A stretch of 64,000 bases of DNA from an uncultured virus (IMG/VR IMGVR_UViG_3300027741_000054) (lineage: Duplodnaviria > Heunggongvirae > Uroviricota > Caudoviricetes), in the IMG/VR virus record IMGVR_UViG_3300027741_000054; one strand, given 5' to 3'. Positions 46,401 to 53,616 of the stretch are shown in pieces. The first letter of the stretch is position 1. Each line of letters starts with the position of its first letter. The notes beneath the pieces were generated by a model. The model made no database searches. It had not been told where the DNA came from and saw nothing but the letters and a program-made list of their open reading frames with translations. A program made the translations under genes and the position numbers.

Positions 46401-48851
46401 TGCTTGTTCGGGATTATTGATAGCCAAGACAACGTCAGGTCGGGCTTCTAGTTCAGGAGAAATCGCTCCGCTTTTGATTCCTGCATTTGTTTCGCGCTCA
46501 AACTGTCCGATCAAGCTGGCTACGCTTTGTTCTCCACGAGCTCCGCGTTCCAACTCTCCCTGACCTTGCATGGCCTGCAACTTGGCAAGCTGTTCTTCGA
46601 GGGCCGGAGTTTCTTCCAAAGGAGATTGCCTGATCTTAGTCTGCAAAGCTGTGATCTGATCGGCAATCTTTTTAGCCCTGAACTCAGCGGGTCTTTCCTC
46701 GGCAACCAACTCCTGCTGTTGGGCGAGACGAGTTTCCAATGCAGTCTGAATTTGACTTGGTCCTAGATGCTTTGAAGCAATGGCCTCAATCTCTGGCATC
46801 GATCCAGCCGTGTCCAATAAATCGCTGATCTCATCAACTTGGTCTTGTGTGATCCCTGGTTTGTTCTCGATCTCCTGCAAGATTGCATCCTTCTCATCCT
46901 GCATAATCTCCGCGGGATCTTCCTTACCAATCCAATTACCCTCGGCATCCTTGACTCCTAGAACCTGATACCGTGACCCGTCTTCACTGAGCTTTCCATA
47001 AACGCGACCCTGACTTTCAAGCCAGTCAATCTTAGCTTGATTAGCGGGGGTGGAAGAAAGGTCAATCGAAGTAACTCCCTTTTGAAATACGTTGACCAAT
47101 TCATTGAGGGCGCCAAGAGCTTCCGCGTCGGTCTCGGGAGCCCTTGTTTCAATCGTTGGAGGAACTCCCATTTGTTGTGGCTGTACTTGAGCTTGAGCTT
47201 CTGCCACCTTGCTTGATAGCAAAGATTCAACTGCACCTTGCTTTGAATTATTGATGGCTTCATCAGCCACAGCCGTAGTTTCGGGAGCAGTTGTTGGGTC
47301 AAGAGAAGCCCGAACATTAACAGCGTCAAAGAGAGTTTGAGCCTCGGGGCTATTTAAAGATTCCCGAAGATCAACAATTTGTTGCGTTTTCTGATCTTCC
47401 GGAATCCTAGGATCGTTTTTAATTCCAGTAACAGTTTGACGCAAAGCATCTGCAAACTTATCATTTGCCATTTGATTAAGTCTTGCTCTACGTCCAACAA
47501 ATCCTTCGGCCAATACCATACCAAGACCAATACCGCCAGAAGCGGCAAGGCTTTGCGGAATCTGAGCAATAGGATCTTGTCCGCGGGCAATCGCGTCAAT
47601 CACATCGGATGAAGTTTCTCCGAGAGTTGTTCCAATGACTTTAGCCGTTCCCTGAACAACCGGAGCAAATGCAGGAAGTTTGGTCTCAAGAGCTTTGGCA
47701 ACCATGTGGTTGGCTAAAGCGTGGTCAGCTACATCCTCTAACCTATTACCAGCTTCTTCGGAAAGTGCTAATACTCCGGCCTCACTTACAATCGAAGCCA
47801 GCCGTTGACCAACACTCAAATTACGGGGGTCTTGGTCGAGAGATTGAGAAGCTCCGACAACTGCATAAGTTGCGCCCTTGGACAGAGTCGTGGGAACTTT
47901 AATTGTCTGCCCCGCAATATCCGCGGCTTTTCCAAGCAAGCCTGTGGCCCCCGCTCCAACTGCCATGAACTGACCCAAAGAACCAGTGGCCAATCCGGCC
48001 AGGGTGGATGGCATGTAATCCTTTCGAATTACATCGTTGATTCCATTGGTCAGGGCGGCACGACGAGCAACTTGATCGGGATTGTTTTCATCAACAATAA
48101 TGTCTCCGATAGAAACAAAAGGAACGAAGGCATCACCGGATTGAATTGCAAAATTGCGAAGTCCCGCGGTACCAAGTTTCTTTGTTTTGTCACTCTGAAG
48201 ATCGCCATAATATTCTTGAGCTCTGGCAAGATTCATCCCAACTTTAGGTGTGTTCCACGCGCCAAGCCCAAACTCCATAGCGGGAGCTTGATCCTTGGGG
48301 GCAATAGATTTTCCCGCCGTTAACTCATCGGAGTAGAGAGTGCCAAGCTCAAGGGCTTTCGCAGCTTGGGTGGAGTCCTTGATTGTTCCAATGTAATTGC
48401 GAGATGCCAGACTTTCCTGCATGGCTTTGGCGTCTTCATTCGTAATCCCAAGTCCGCTCTGCAAATAAGATCCAATAACTTTACCCACACCTCCAACTGC
48501 AATTTTGGTAAGCCCTAACCAATCATTGTTCTTCTCGGCATCAAGGGTGGCTTGGGAAGTAGATTTTATGTAATCATTAACATTCTTCTGAGCATCCTGC
48601 CACGACTGTGTATTAAAAGGAAGTTTACCTTCTTTAAAGCGGGTGGCTGTTCCGAGTAAAAGATCGTTGGCTTTCGGGTTATCCCGAAGCTCCATAAGTT
48701 GGCTGGCTTGAGCCAAGGCCGAAGAAGGTTGACTTAATATAGAATCAAGTTCGTCCTGTTGCCGGGTCGGAGGTTGTCCAAGAATATCCCCAACAATGCT
48801 GTCAAGGCTATTAGGCAAACCAGCATCCAAAGGGGAAAGGGGATCTGCCAT
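37425..48851 (-). CDS. Giant polyvalent virion (ejection) protein with strawberry-notch-type SF2 helicase, HExxH and sigma-like regions
   Basis: 3808 aa; FYLANGPGTGKT, LLDEQH, ASGTP, GGTGIELDD and QLIYRVWR (about 43350-44760); HEVVH at about 43008-43022; follows two ejection-protein-like genes. Confidence 0.8.
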   Translation of the reverse strand: MADPLSPLDAGLPNSLDSIVGDILGQPPTRQQDELDSILSQPSSALAQASQLMELRDNPKANDLLLGTATRFKEGKLPFNTQSWQDAQKNVNDYIKSTSQATLDAEKNNDWLGLTKIAVGGVGKVIGSYLQSGLGITNEDAKAMQESLASRNYIGTIKDSTQAAKALELGTLYSDELTAGKSIAPKDQAPAMEFGLGAWNTPKVGMNLARAQEYYGDLQSDKTKKLGTAGLRNFAIQSGDAFVPFVSIGDIIVDENNPDQVARRAALTNGINDVIRKDYMPSTLAGLATGSLGQFMAVGAGATGLLGKAADIAGQTIKVPTTLSKGATYAVVGASQSLDQDPRNLSVGQRLASIVSEAGVLALSEEAGNRLEDVADHALANHMVAKALETKLPAFAPVVQGTAKVIGTTLGETSSDVIDAIARGQDPIAQIPQSLAASGGIGLGMVLAEGFVGRRARLNQMANDKFADALRQTVTGIKNDPRIPEDQKTQQIVDLRESLNSPEAQTLFDAVNVRASLDPTTAPETTAVADEAINNSKQGAVESLLSSKVAEAQAQVQPQQMGVPPTIETRAPETDAEALGALNELVNVFQKGVTSIDLSSTPANQAKIDWLESQGRVYGKLSEDGSRYQVLGVKDAEGNWIGKEDPAEIMQDEKDAILQEIENKPGITQDQVDEISDLLDTAGSMPEIEAIASKHLGPSQIQTALETRLAQQQELVAEERPAEFRAKKIADQITALQTKIRQSPLEETPALEEQLAKLQAMQGQGELERGARGEQSVASLIGQFERETNAGIKSGAISPELEARPDVVLAINNPEQASYQKFQKLAPDPRENDVNALGAVFNLKNAATVELLQSLGAIDENNRNVLTPAETLMAYVKRKNAYLQSKSLAGYQTYNIADEVSMGTINSFLYELRQGKDNLSLSTIFNSRLRDFIRQAVPRMRAGVGIGAAVSMETPGLRTQAVDAETLAEEQGLNPAVAGAINETLDQIDATETDFQTQGQTEVPSAAQRQEALAILAENFKQPFRNSLTTDAEKLAFDAVVGDVKNVASEAAKIGTTIDNINALQPAVKTKFIQGLENDYRKNQRAGTLPSRAVEEPAGVIREGNLTANQIKPYVDRFRQLQADNFFDDAELVAAKTLLGEVQSSRSGDLLRSFDNFIESVAVSKLTPNSITELTEAIDTNLRQSTEDGTISQKQADAYVATLNKLAEPYLASETMPEGEAKNKIAAAFRSNLLRVSDQILRDSGLTINEEGTYEQPEQLPTPRPEAKTPADRREEARAKLAELEAKRATTAKRVPEKAVPAERKEMGRPAERPPAGVGRPGVERPRGTPIPKSFVEPRNQLGKPFDEKILAPAGQQVLSNLSKEQTQDVAAAVTTIENSKHKAFYLANGPGTGKTRVLLGSGAYYLNKGYKVVYITAPDAVTPNWDYGEIGGSIQKDAAILGVPLAVRGGKGENGKGLPIEFVPGRMLVTTYNSGYLEKLLPLIDDKTVVLLDEQHSGRNLSKAIQGGKTRSWAILMDDIANKAGRTLMASGTPFETPDQLLSLGRLGIFDNESPEALFSRLGFQKYSLRGGKKYYWQLAEGVTEIEMQDRLETYLDGMAKNGIMRSRSLRLDGVDVEFQDVPLDNQIKQQLEDIKAMYGGTQNVDISALRKMAAAQKRALEEYKVDAAAKRAVDAIKRGKKPVLYVGFVSDENSKGETVNPTSASLEAAIAKLDPTLKIARMYTGSEQTKEQAMAAFNEGEADVLIATKEMGGTGIELDDKFGDESREMIILSPPISAIQAVQLIYRVWRVDSASRPNIVFLESQAEIDQNTIGRMRAKLRLLDATVGAGFEGLRAEEVVAPVRETNEATAEQISFVNETLKSIYGPDYNNGVLSLTNQKTKEKLNYPIFVAPASPNSFDFVIGEDNESDLIRVNPIKLEEQKKLRSPNNFKFFVNHAIAIHEVVHVDTAQFYRNQGLNPVEEITAIGEGLSQNAQRVFATSRVYRSSSGSDITDKRIQEQIRAVANDPYLVAMEMIRIAAEIKADIPITEEVFALTEADKKRAKTRLEDLKKYLSLEPKSVQGRIANWFGSALKIMQTKLDFIPTAKERIVMRPYVEEAINHLKELSNSLKTESKPTPVPAPEPGRFPTSPRPANKFDSYDLRIYRMIENHLEGRTDGVFGVTAADDLFKTVDVNDWLDGLDVASRRGMITNQERNLFRAATKSVMDGGRASLPGIANKALEIAEGMEESGESLPVAAFVATTEPVNLTEPSEYGKYNVKIGFYPSYPTSAKTSAGAVANTVAKMFEDRNEIIFDGKTYTYNNRGALIAAIGRAGYDNYARRLTPAPVVAQLIPVGSDLRKIKTNYENVENQLLGFPKEGSGKEGKGFDETKYPYSLQLEISSDNGNTWSSDAIRGMNFFQAVERAKRNWGPNVQLRSVNIVSPLVAPAPEIRESQAVKNIVTKFADSLPEGKTKDKLLDAWYYMSVPREQQFEDARQHIGTYGFDNTLNAFLGGNIKSSLPLQGAIGFELAKGLGEKAKTDRFAREQLADVMLLLSKKYGTEPGRTVDLWNALGELSTNPEAMKMYVGKQIDSAIKGRLVAYKSEENEIASGLTDASRRAADKLTTSKKMQKTLDELGKLVDLNKKGGTVSQIQAVLADYLASEDANKDGVEFLGADLTAAPEVGGGEADDIRLDSKQTRALGRIILELIQRSENPRETAASADEIKRLVMLVPALRDAKNQDNVRRKIELYFDASLTYALESYGARALRAARARETGVEEEVVAPPATRGEAIERAVRAKARAAQEAPVVIPSDAPSKLAELAEASADALQKQASRLQQEPKVKDALEEFAARIRRLIAQRTKEMGGLQPAFEPEPKPTEAEVLKDRIAKYPDVQEFIDNVRDSLRNNYKEEDLIGLEPFIEEAFGRPFAVSSLKQAVRSLESIGGPQTNIRSLIRSSRGDIMDFENKMGALLTQNTNLDEAQKKEVLDFLREGMSELISDERKKELENIKKKFEKKKERKTRKMRSALDKLIEATNLGVLTDSEVFMQMRSQLGLPELTDAERNKLNKLIEALPLYPAGMIRNRKISEMYQYIKLVSPQVWGELLVNYQTSNLLAGIGTIGINAWSATASNQLNAAILGSMGFVKGMVGDKARSKAYIDAARALNSAILIGEKPALKAAANIFFKGDYSAVQDALTQELGGVNIWEAIVSQAEAYRANKPGAVKPELPVNVLGQEYRIPLDSKFISSKYGALAPFIFFGRAMAAGDAINKISSKKMYEIAEATNIAIDKGLTSQEAIELEVARLLNQSPEARVRAEAKAAAEAKEFNLTPDQQSLRVEEILEQGRPDEEEVKNLVERAKIFAAQSTYTNNFEGWFGLIADMLSTGAAQAWPLRLFIKFLKTGSSLANETLNFMPFISSARLRWGSGIGLKDTKYYRPPAVPGTVEHDLLLGKMTVGYILTGALLFALTEAMSGEDDPYFMIHFKGPNDPAQREAFFAANGKLRSIQVGRFKDGSPQFFSFEGFPVGISGPLILSGAIAEAVRYDKRSKAEAIIKGSIAGGALAIYGIMDMAALSGIRQIMSLTSPGPGTKDANGIMTNLTKTFGNVVGGLIPGYATLRDVEQVWNGFTGAPSARPYQDNFLSTFALSVPFASKIGKPDLDFLGGNVRTQLANTIPFVRRLTTSGVDSVSYDEGKRTPQAVHDKLISMFASNRFSLSWDAGTLKDFAMQEVIAQKEANKEPITYDDFFQLRRELTTDEKYEWMQRAGPIIQEQLGARIPQLEKMTRAEFMTIVPMIVNPIKKAVLYQVLLEKNQEGILFPERK

Positions 48852-48885
48852 AAACCAAACTATTCAAGCAGATTCCTGCCCGACG

Positions 48886-50460
48886 TCAACGATTTTGTCC
48901 CTGGTTAACTATGTTTGACTCAGGTGTTTGGCCAAGCCCAGGAAGTTCTCCCAACTGTTGTTTAAGCTTGGCAACAACTTCTCTTACTGGTCTACCGCGG
49001 TACAGGGCGTCCGGATTGGCGTTGTACATTTTAACAACTTCTGCAACCTTGGACATGGTTTCCGGGGATAATTGAACTTTGGTTGCGCCTTGAGCAGAAG
49101 GAGCAGTGGGAATAGTGGTTGTTCCGGGAGCTTGAACCATTTCAAACTTGCTGGGAGAACTGATCCTAGGCTTTAGGCTAGCAGTTTTGTCTAGCTCTTC
49201 TTTGGTTTGCCCGGTCACTGGAGCCATTCCAAGATTTTGAGTCATGCGCATAAACGTATCGGGTCGATCTAAGAATCCGGGCTTCTGAACATCGTCGACC
49301 CATCGTTTATTAGCTTCTTTTATAATCTTCGTAAGCTTTCCTGTTTGAGGGTCAATAGCTCCGTCGTAGCCAACAGTCGGCGTGAGGTTAGGTGGAGCAA
49401 TCGGAAAGTCTTTTACAGTCTCCCCCGTCTGCGGGTCAACCCTAACGGCTCCAAGATATTTATTCTGATCCATCAAACGTTTTGCAATCTCAATATTCTG
49501 AGCATCAAACGCCTGCAAAGCTTGAATAGATTCAGCTTTGTTGGCTTCAAACATAATCCGACGTTTTTTATTGACGTACTCTGTGGTAGATTTTGCTTCT
49601 TCGCTTGCATACTTGGGATCGTTTGTAAGTTCGTCCCACTTCTTTTGGTAATCTGGAATCAACTGACCTAAGTTTGCTCTGTCCTCAAACTCACCCAAAG
49701 ATGTTCCCAGTTCTGACTTTAAATAGTCATCATGTCTTTTAGCAACTGATTGCGTAACTGTTGACAAAGAAGCTGCAAGTTTTTCGTCGCGGTTACCTAA
49801 AGCCATATAACGTTTATTGACGTCATCAATTTTATTTCGCAAAGCCTCGGGGCTTAAACCATCAACTTTTGTAAAGTTAATTTCGTTGATAAGGTCAATC
49901 GCTTGGCCTTGAGTTTTAACATTTGTACGATCTTGATCTAATTGACGTTTTGTCGAAACTAGGGACATAGCATTCTTGTATACGTCGTTCCGTTGTTTAG
50001 AACTAAGAATAGATCCGGCCATTTTGTTCGTCCATTCAATAAGTTTGGTAGGGTCATCGCTTTCAAGAGCTATTCTTCCCTCGTTCTCCATTGTGCTGGC
50101 AGCAAGATCCTGTTCCCGATCCGATTGTTTTTGTTCGAGATCTTGTAGAGTTTTAAGTTGGTCCCACTTAAACTTGCGTTCGTCTAAATCCCTGTCCAAA
50201 GCTTTGGACTGTGCGGCTGCTTGCGCTCTAACCATTTCGCTAGCATTTTGAGCATCGGCTGCCGCAATCCGAGCCGTATTAATCTGAGCTTCTTGAGCTC
50301 GGTTTGCAGCCTGTTGGTCTAACTGGGCATAAGACAAGGCCAGTCTATTTTGCTCTTGTTGATCTTGTTGAAACAATTGTTGTTTCTTCAAGTAGTTTTC
50401 ACGCAAATCGCCAATGATTCCGCGAACCTGGTTCACATAGTCTGGAGCTACTGGTGTCAT
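48886..50460 (-). CDS. Probable internal virion/ejection protein
   Basis: 524 aa, Q/A-rich coiled-coil N-terminus; position equivalent to podovirus core proteins. Confidence 0.6.
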   Translation of the reverse strand: MTPVAPDYVNQVRGIIGDLRENYLKKQQLFQQDQQEQNRLALSYAQLDQQAANRAQEAQINTARIAAADAQNASEMVRAQAAAQSKALDRDLDERKFKWDQLKTLQDLEQKQSDREQDLAASTMENEGRIALESDDPTKLIEWTNKMAGSILSSKQRNDVYKNAMSLVSTKRQLDQDRTNVKTQGQAIDLINEINFTKVDGLSPEALRNKIDDVNKRYMALGNRDEKLAASLSTVTQSVAKRHDDYLKSELGTSLGEFEDRANLGQLIPDYQKKWDELTNDPKYASEEAKSTTEYVNKKRRIMFEANKAESIQALQAFDAQNIEIAKRLMDQNKYLGAVRVDPQTGETVKDFPIAPPNLTPTVGYDGAIDPQTGKLTKIIKEANKRWVDDVQKPGFLDRPDTFMRMTQNLGMAPVTGQTKEELDKTASLKPRISSPSKFEMVQAPGTTTIPTAPSAQGATKVQLSPETMSKVAEVVKMYNANPDALYRGRPVREVVAKLKQQLGELPGLGQTPESNIVNQGQNR

Positions 50461-50463
50461 AAA

Positions 50464-51927
50464 TTAAGCCATCAATTGTGGCACATAGGCTGATCCTGTC
50501 CAGTTCTGTGCTTGCTGTTGTGCTTGCTGTTGCATTTGCGCAACAAGTGCTTTTCCTGCCGGTCCTCTTAGCCGAGAGATTGGAATATCTACCCCACCCA
50601 TATTAATGCTGGTAACAGAACTCGCGCCACCTAGTCCGGGAAGATTGGGTCTTGTGTCTGAATATTCACCTGGTTTGAACGACACGTACTGACCTTTCTT
50701 AATATCAAACTGACCTGGCAATGCCTGACTCTGCCAAGCGTTAAGGGCATTGGAATTTGAAATTTGGCTATTGTATTGAGCTTGGTCGATCAAAGCTCCA
50801 AACACCAGATTTGGGGGAACCATTTTATTGGCTTCAAATTGAGCTCGAGCCAGGGTAGATTGTTGGGCCATATTTGCCATATTGTTATATACATCGGAAG
50901 GTTTTACGTAAACCGCATTAAAAATTGTATTTGGATCTACGTGATTGTAGTTGGCGATTGTACTGAAGATAGTGGCGGGATTCGTAATCAATTGGTTTAC
51001 AAATTCGGCTCCACTGACTGGCATTATTTCGCGTCCAACTGTTGCAGCAAGTTTGGCTGTCTGGTCGAGCAATCCAGCTCCAGCCGATTGGAGTTGTAAG
51101 CTGGTTAAACCAAGATCTTTGGCAACAATATTCCGACCAATACCGCCACCATAAAGGCCAGTGGCAAATCCCTTGGCCGCGGAGTTTCGGAAAATCTGAT
51201 CGACAACATCGGAAGGAATTTTACCAGCAAGATAATTGGATGTAATCTCATTCGTCTTTGCCATGTTCGCTTTGTAACCAGGCATCGCGGCATCAAATTG
51301 ATCAATATATTTTTTATTTAAAATCTCGGCCATTTTATTGGCCTGTGCCCCAATTTTTCCAGGATCATTTAATTGAGCGGCAGCAGCGGCAGCTTGATTG
51401 GTAACATCTGAGATTGACGGATTAATCCCGGCAATCATGCTCTTGATTTGAGCTGGACTTAAATTAAGTTTTTGAGCTGCGGACTTTGCATCTGCAACAA
51501 GTTGGTTTTGGTCAACAAAAAAATTAGGATTTACTCCGCTATTAATCTGGTTAAATGTATTTCTAAAATTGCCCATCACACCAGAGAGATCAACTCCCTG
51601 CATTGTAGGAGCAGCGCCCAAGAAAAATTCAACTGGTGTTGCTTGAGCTTGACTGGCTCCGGAAAGCCCAGCGCCAAGGCGTGATCCGGCAGAACCGCCA
51701 CCCCCGCCAAAAACATTTTTGGCTGGAGTGCGAACACCGCCAGTATCCTTGTACTGGCTCGAATTCGGCATATTAGCCCACAAGCTTCCTGGTCCTGGGG
51801 CAGAAACCTGTTCAAAAGTTTGCCGACTAGCCGGAGAACTCATATACGCATTCCAGGCGGCATCGCCACTAGAATAAGAAGGAGCGGCTCCCCCACCACC
51901 CAGATAATCATAAACCATATTAGCCAT
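50464..51927 (-). CDS. Probable DNA pilot/ejection protein
   Basis: 487 aa, G/A/Q/N-rich; position upstream of other ejection genes. Confidence 0.6.
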   Translation of the reverse strand: MANMVYDYLGGGGAAPSYSSGDAAWNAYMSSPASRQTFEQVSAPGPGSLWANMPNSSQYKDTGGVRTPAKNVFGGGGGSAGSRLGAGLSGASQAQATPVEFFLGAAPTMQGVDLSGVMGNFRNTFNQINSGVNPNFFVDQNQLVADAKSAAQKLNLSPAQIKSMIAGINPSISDVTNQAAAAAAQLNDPGKIGAQANKMAEILNKKYIDQFDAAMPGYKANMAKTNEITSNYLAGKIPSDVVDQIFRNSAAKGFATGLYGGGIGRNIVAKDLGLTSLQLQSAGAGLLDQTAKLAATVGREIMPVSGAEFVNQLITNPATIFSTIANYNHVDPNTIFNAVYVKPSDVYNNMANMAQQSTLARAQFEANKMVPPNLVFGALIDQAQYNSQISNSNALNAWQSQALPGQFDIKKGQYVSFKPGEYSDTRPNLPGLGGASSVTSINMGGVDIPISRLRGPAGKALVAQMQQQAQQQAQNWTGSAYVPQLMA

Positions 51928-51930
51928 AAA

Positions 51931-53160
51931 TTACGCCATGTTGGGAATTTCACCCATTGCAAACGCTCTCATTTGAACCTGAGGTCGGCCAATGCTGGCT
52001 CCGTCTACCTCTCTTAGTTCTTCTTTCAAAAGATCCACAGCTTTTTCCTCGTAAACTTGGGCTTCAACAAGATTGTTATTTTCTTCTTTTTCGATAGCAA
52101 TTGCCATCATCTTGAGGGCGCCAAGGTTGGTAACAATAAGATCGTCATCGTCGCCTGTGACCGGAATAAACTTACGTTTGGCAAGTACCGTAACGGCAGA
52201 CCCTTCCTCATTTTCAAAGCCCGGAATTGCATATCGCCTATACTGAGGCAAAGTCTCGTCGGGCGCAAGTATGGCGATGCAGTATTCGGAACCCGTGGTC
52301 GGGTCGACTGCATAGACACGGACCCAACCTTTCGTGGGGCTTTTGTTTATCGCATCGATGGATCGAAAGGCGTTGACTGTAGTGCGGGGGAGTTCTGTAT
52401 AAGTTCCAAAATTCCAAACTGATAACCATGGATACTCAGCGGTAGTGCCAAGACTTACATCGGAGCCGTAAACACTACTGATAATATACCAAGTAAACCC
52501 AGGATCGACAGCCATCGTGACTTCATCAGTAGAGTCTTGCTGATTAATAAATTTATATTTTGGGTAACCATTTTGTGTTCCTACTTGAAAATAAACTCCA
52601 TTGTAAGGAGCTCTATTGCCAGTTAACCCAGAAACTAACAGACTGGAACTTACCGAACCAGAACTTAGGTTCAACCGCTCTCCATCAGCGTAGGCTCCAT
52701 TTTGAATTGTTTGAATTCGATTGTTATAAGTGTCTGATCCACGAAATAGAATGGTTGAAGTGGCGTCTTCAATAAGGTCGGTATAAACACGAATAAAACT
52801 TTGGTCTGCCAAGGGCCTAAAGCAAGGAACATAACCACGGTCAACGAGCTGACGCCAATCTCCGGCTTGAAGCATTCCTGGGCCATTAGCCATAAATTCA
52901 TACCATTGATTATAAACTTGTGCTGGAGATCCCCCAAAATTATATCCTAGGATTGACTCAAATTCGCGGGGCAGCGTGATGCACCCACCATAAACACAAA
53001 CAGAATACCGTCCGTAAGTTCCGGCATAAAGTCCCTTATTGAGCAACCTTTCCTGAGCTTCGTTTACACGAGCCAAAAGTTGAGGATTGTCCGCGCACAT
53101 CCCGTTCTGGGTAACGCGGGCTAACTGTTGTTTTACCGATCCGTATGTTCTGCGGATCAT
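51931..53160 (-). CDS. Probable tail adaptor/tubular protein
   Basis: VNEAQERLL N-terminal helix, ITLPREFESI and helical C-terminus typical of head-tail adaptors. Confidence 0.55.
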   Translation of the reverse strand: MIRRTYGSVKQQLARVTQNGMCADNPQLLARVNEAQERLLNKGLYAGTYGRYSVCVYGGCITLPREFESILGYNFGGSPAQVYNQWYEFMANGPGMLQAGDWRQLVDRGYVPCFRPLADQSFIRVYTDLIEDATSTILFRGSDTYNNRIQTIQNGAYADGERLNLSSGSVSSSLLVSGLTGNRAPYNGVYFQVGTQNGYPKYKFINQQDSTDEVTMAVDPGFTWYIISSVYGSDVSLGTTAEYPWLSVWNFGTYTELPRTTVNAFRSIDAINKSPTKGWVRVYAVDPTTGSEYCIAILAPDETLPQYRRYAIPGFENEEGSAVTVLAKRKFIPVTGDDDDLIVTNLGALKMMAIAIEKEENNNLVEAQVYEEKAVDLLKEELREVDGASIGRPQVQMRAFAMGEIPNMA

Positions 53161-53579
53161 GAGTAGTTCCCTACGTAGACTTTATATTTGTATCCGTTGG
53201 GGGCGGCTGGAGTGGGTGGAGTTAAAAGTTCTTGCCCCGCCACGGTATAAGTGCTAGATCCCTCTCCCCATGGGGCGATAACGTTTGATGTTGAATCTAC
53301 AAGCACCATGTCGCCAAAATTAAATTGAGTAAACTCAAGCCACGATCCATTGACAAAAAGATTGACAGTAGACGGCAAACCAGTTTGAGCATTAATCTTA
53401 AACCACAATTTGTTTTGATCCGAACCAGTTGGAGTAGAGGAACTAACAACTGCGTAGCGAAGTTCATCAGGATATTGAACCGAAAGATAGGAAGACAGGG
53501 TTGTGAGGAAGTCACCAAAATTTCCAGGATAAGGAGTTCCGGCTGGCACACTACCGGAAGTAATCGTTATTTCGGCCAT
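53157..53579 (-). CDS. Small tail-associated protein, paralogous to the N-terminus of the 768-aa fibre
   Basis: Shared KxW..GxWxEF..GD..PWGE..P..P.GyxYK.YxG pattern. Confidence 0.7.
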   Translation of the reverse strand: MAEITITSGSVPAGTPYPGNFGDFLTTLSSYLSVQYPDELRYAVVSSSTPTGSDQNKLWFKINAQTGLPSTVNLFVNGSWLEFTQFNFGDMVLVDSTSNVIAPWGEGSSTYTVAGQELLTPPTPAAPNGYKYKVYVGNYS

Positions 53580-53588
53580 AGATCCTTT

Positions 53589-53616
53589 AGATTAAAGGGT
53601 TGCATATTTATGTCAA
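53589..53616 (-). promoter_or_regulatory. Promoter TTGACA-N16-TAATCT
   Basis: Near-consensus boxes; -10 ends 9 nt before ATG 53579. Confidence 0.6.

Noticed and set aside
48857..48889. TTGACG promoter upstream of the giant gene
   Set aside because: The best -10 (TAGTTT) is 21 nt from the -35, outside the 16-17 nt pattern, so not called
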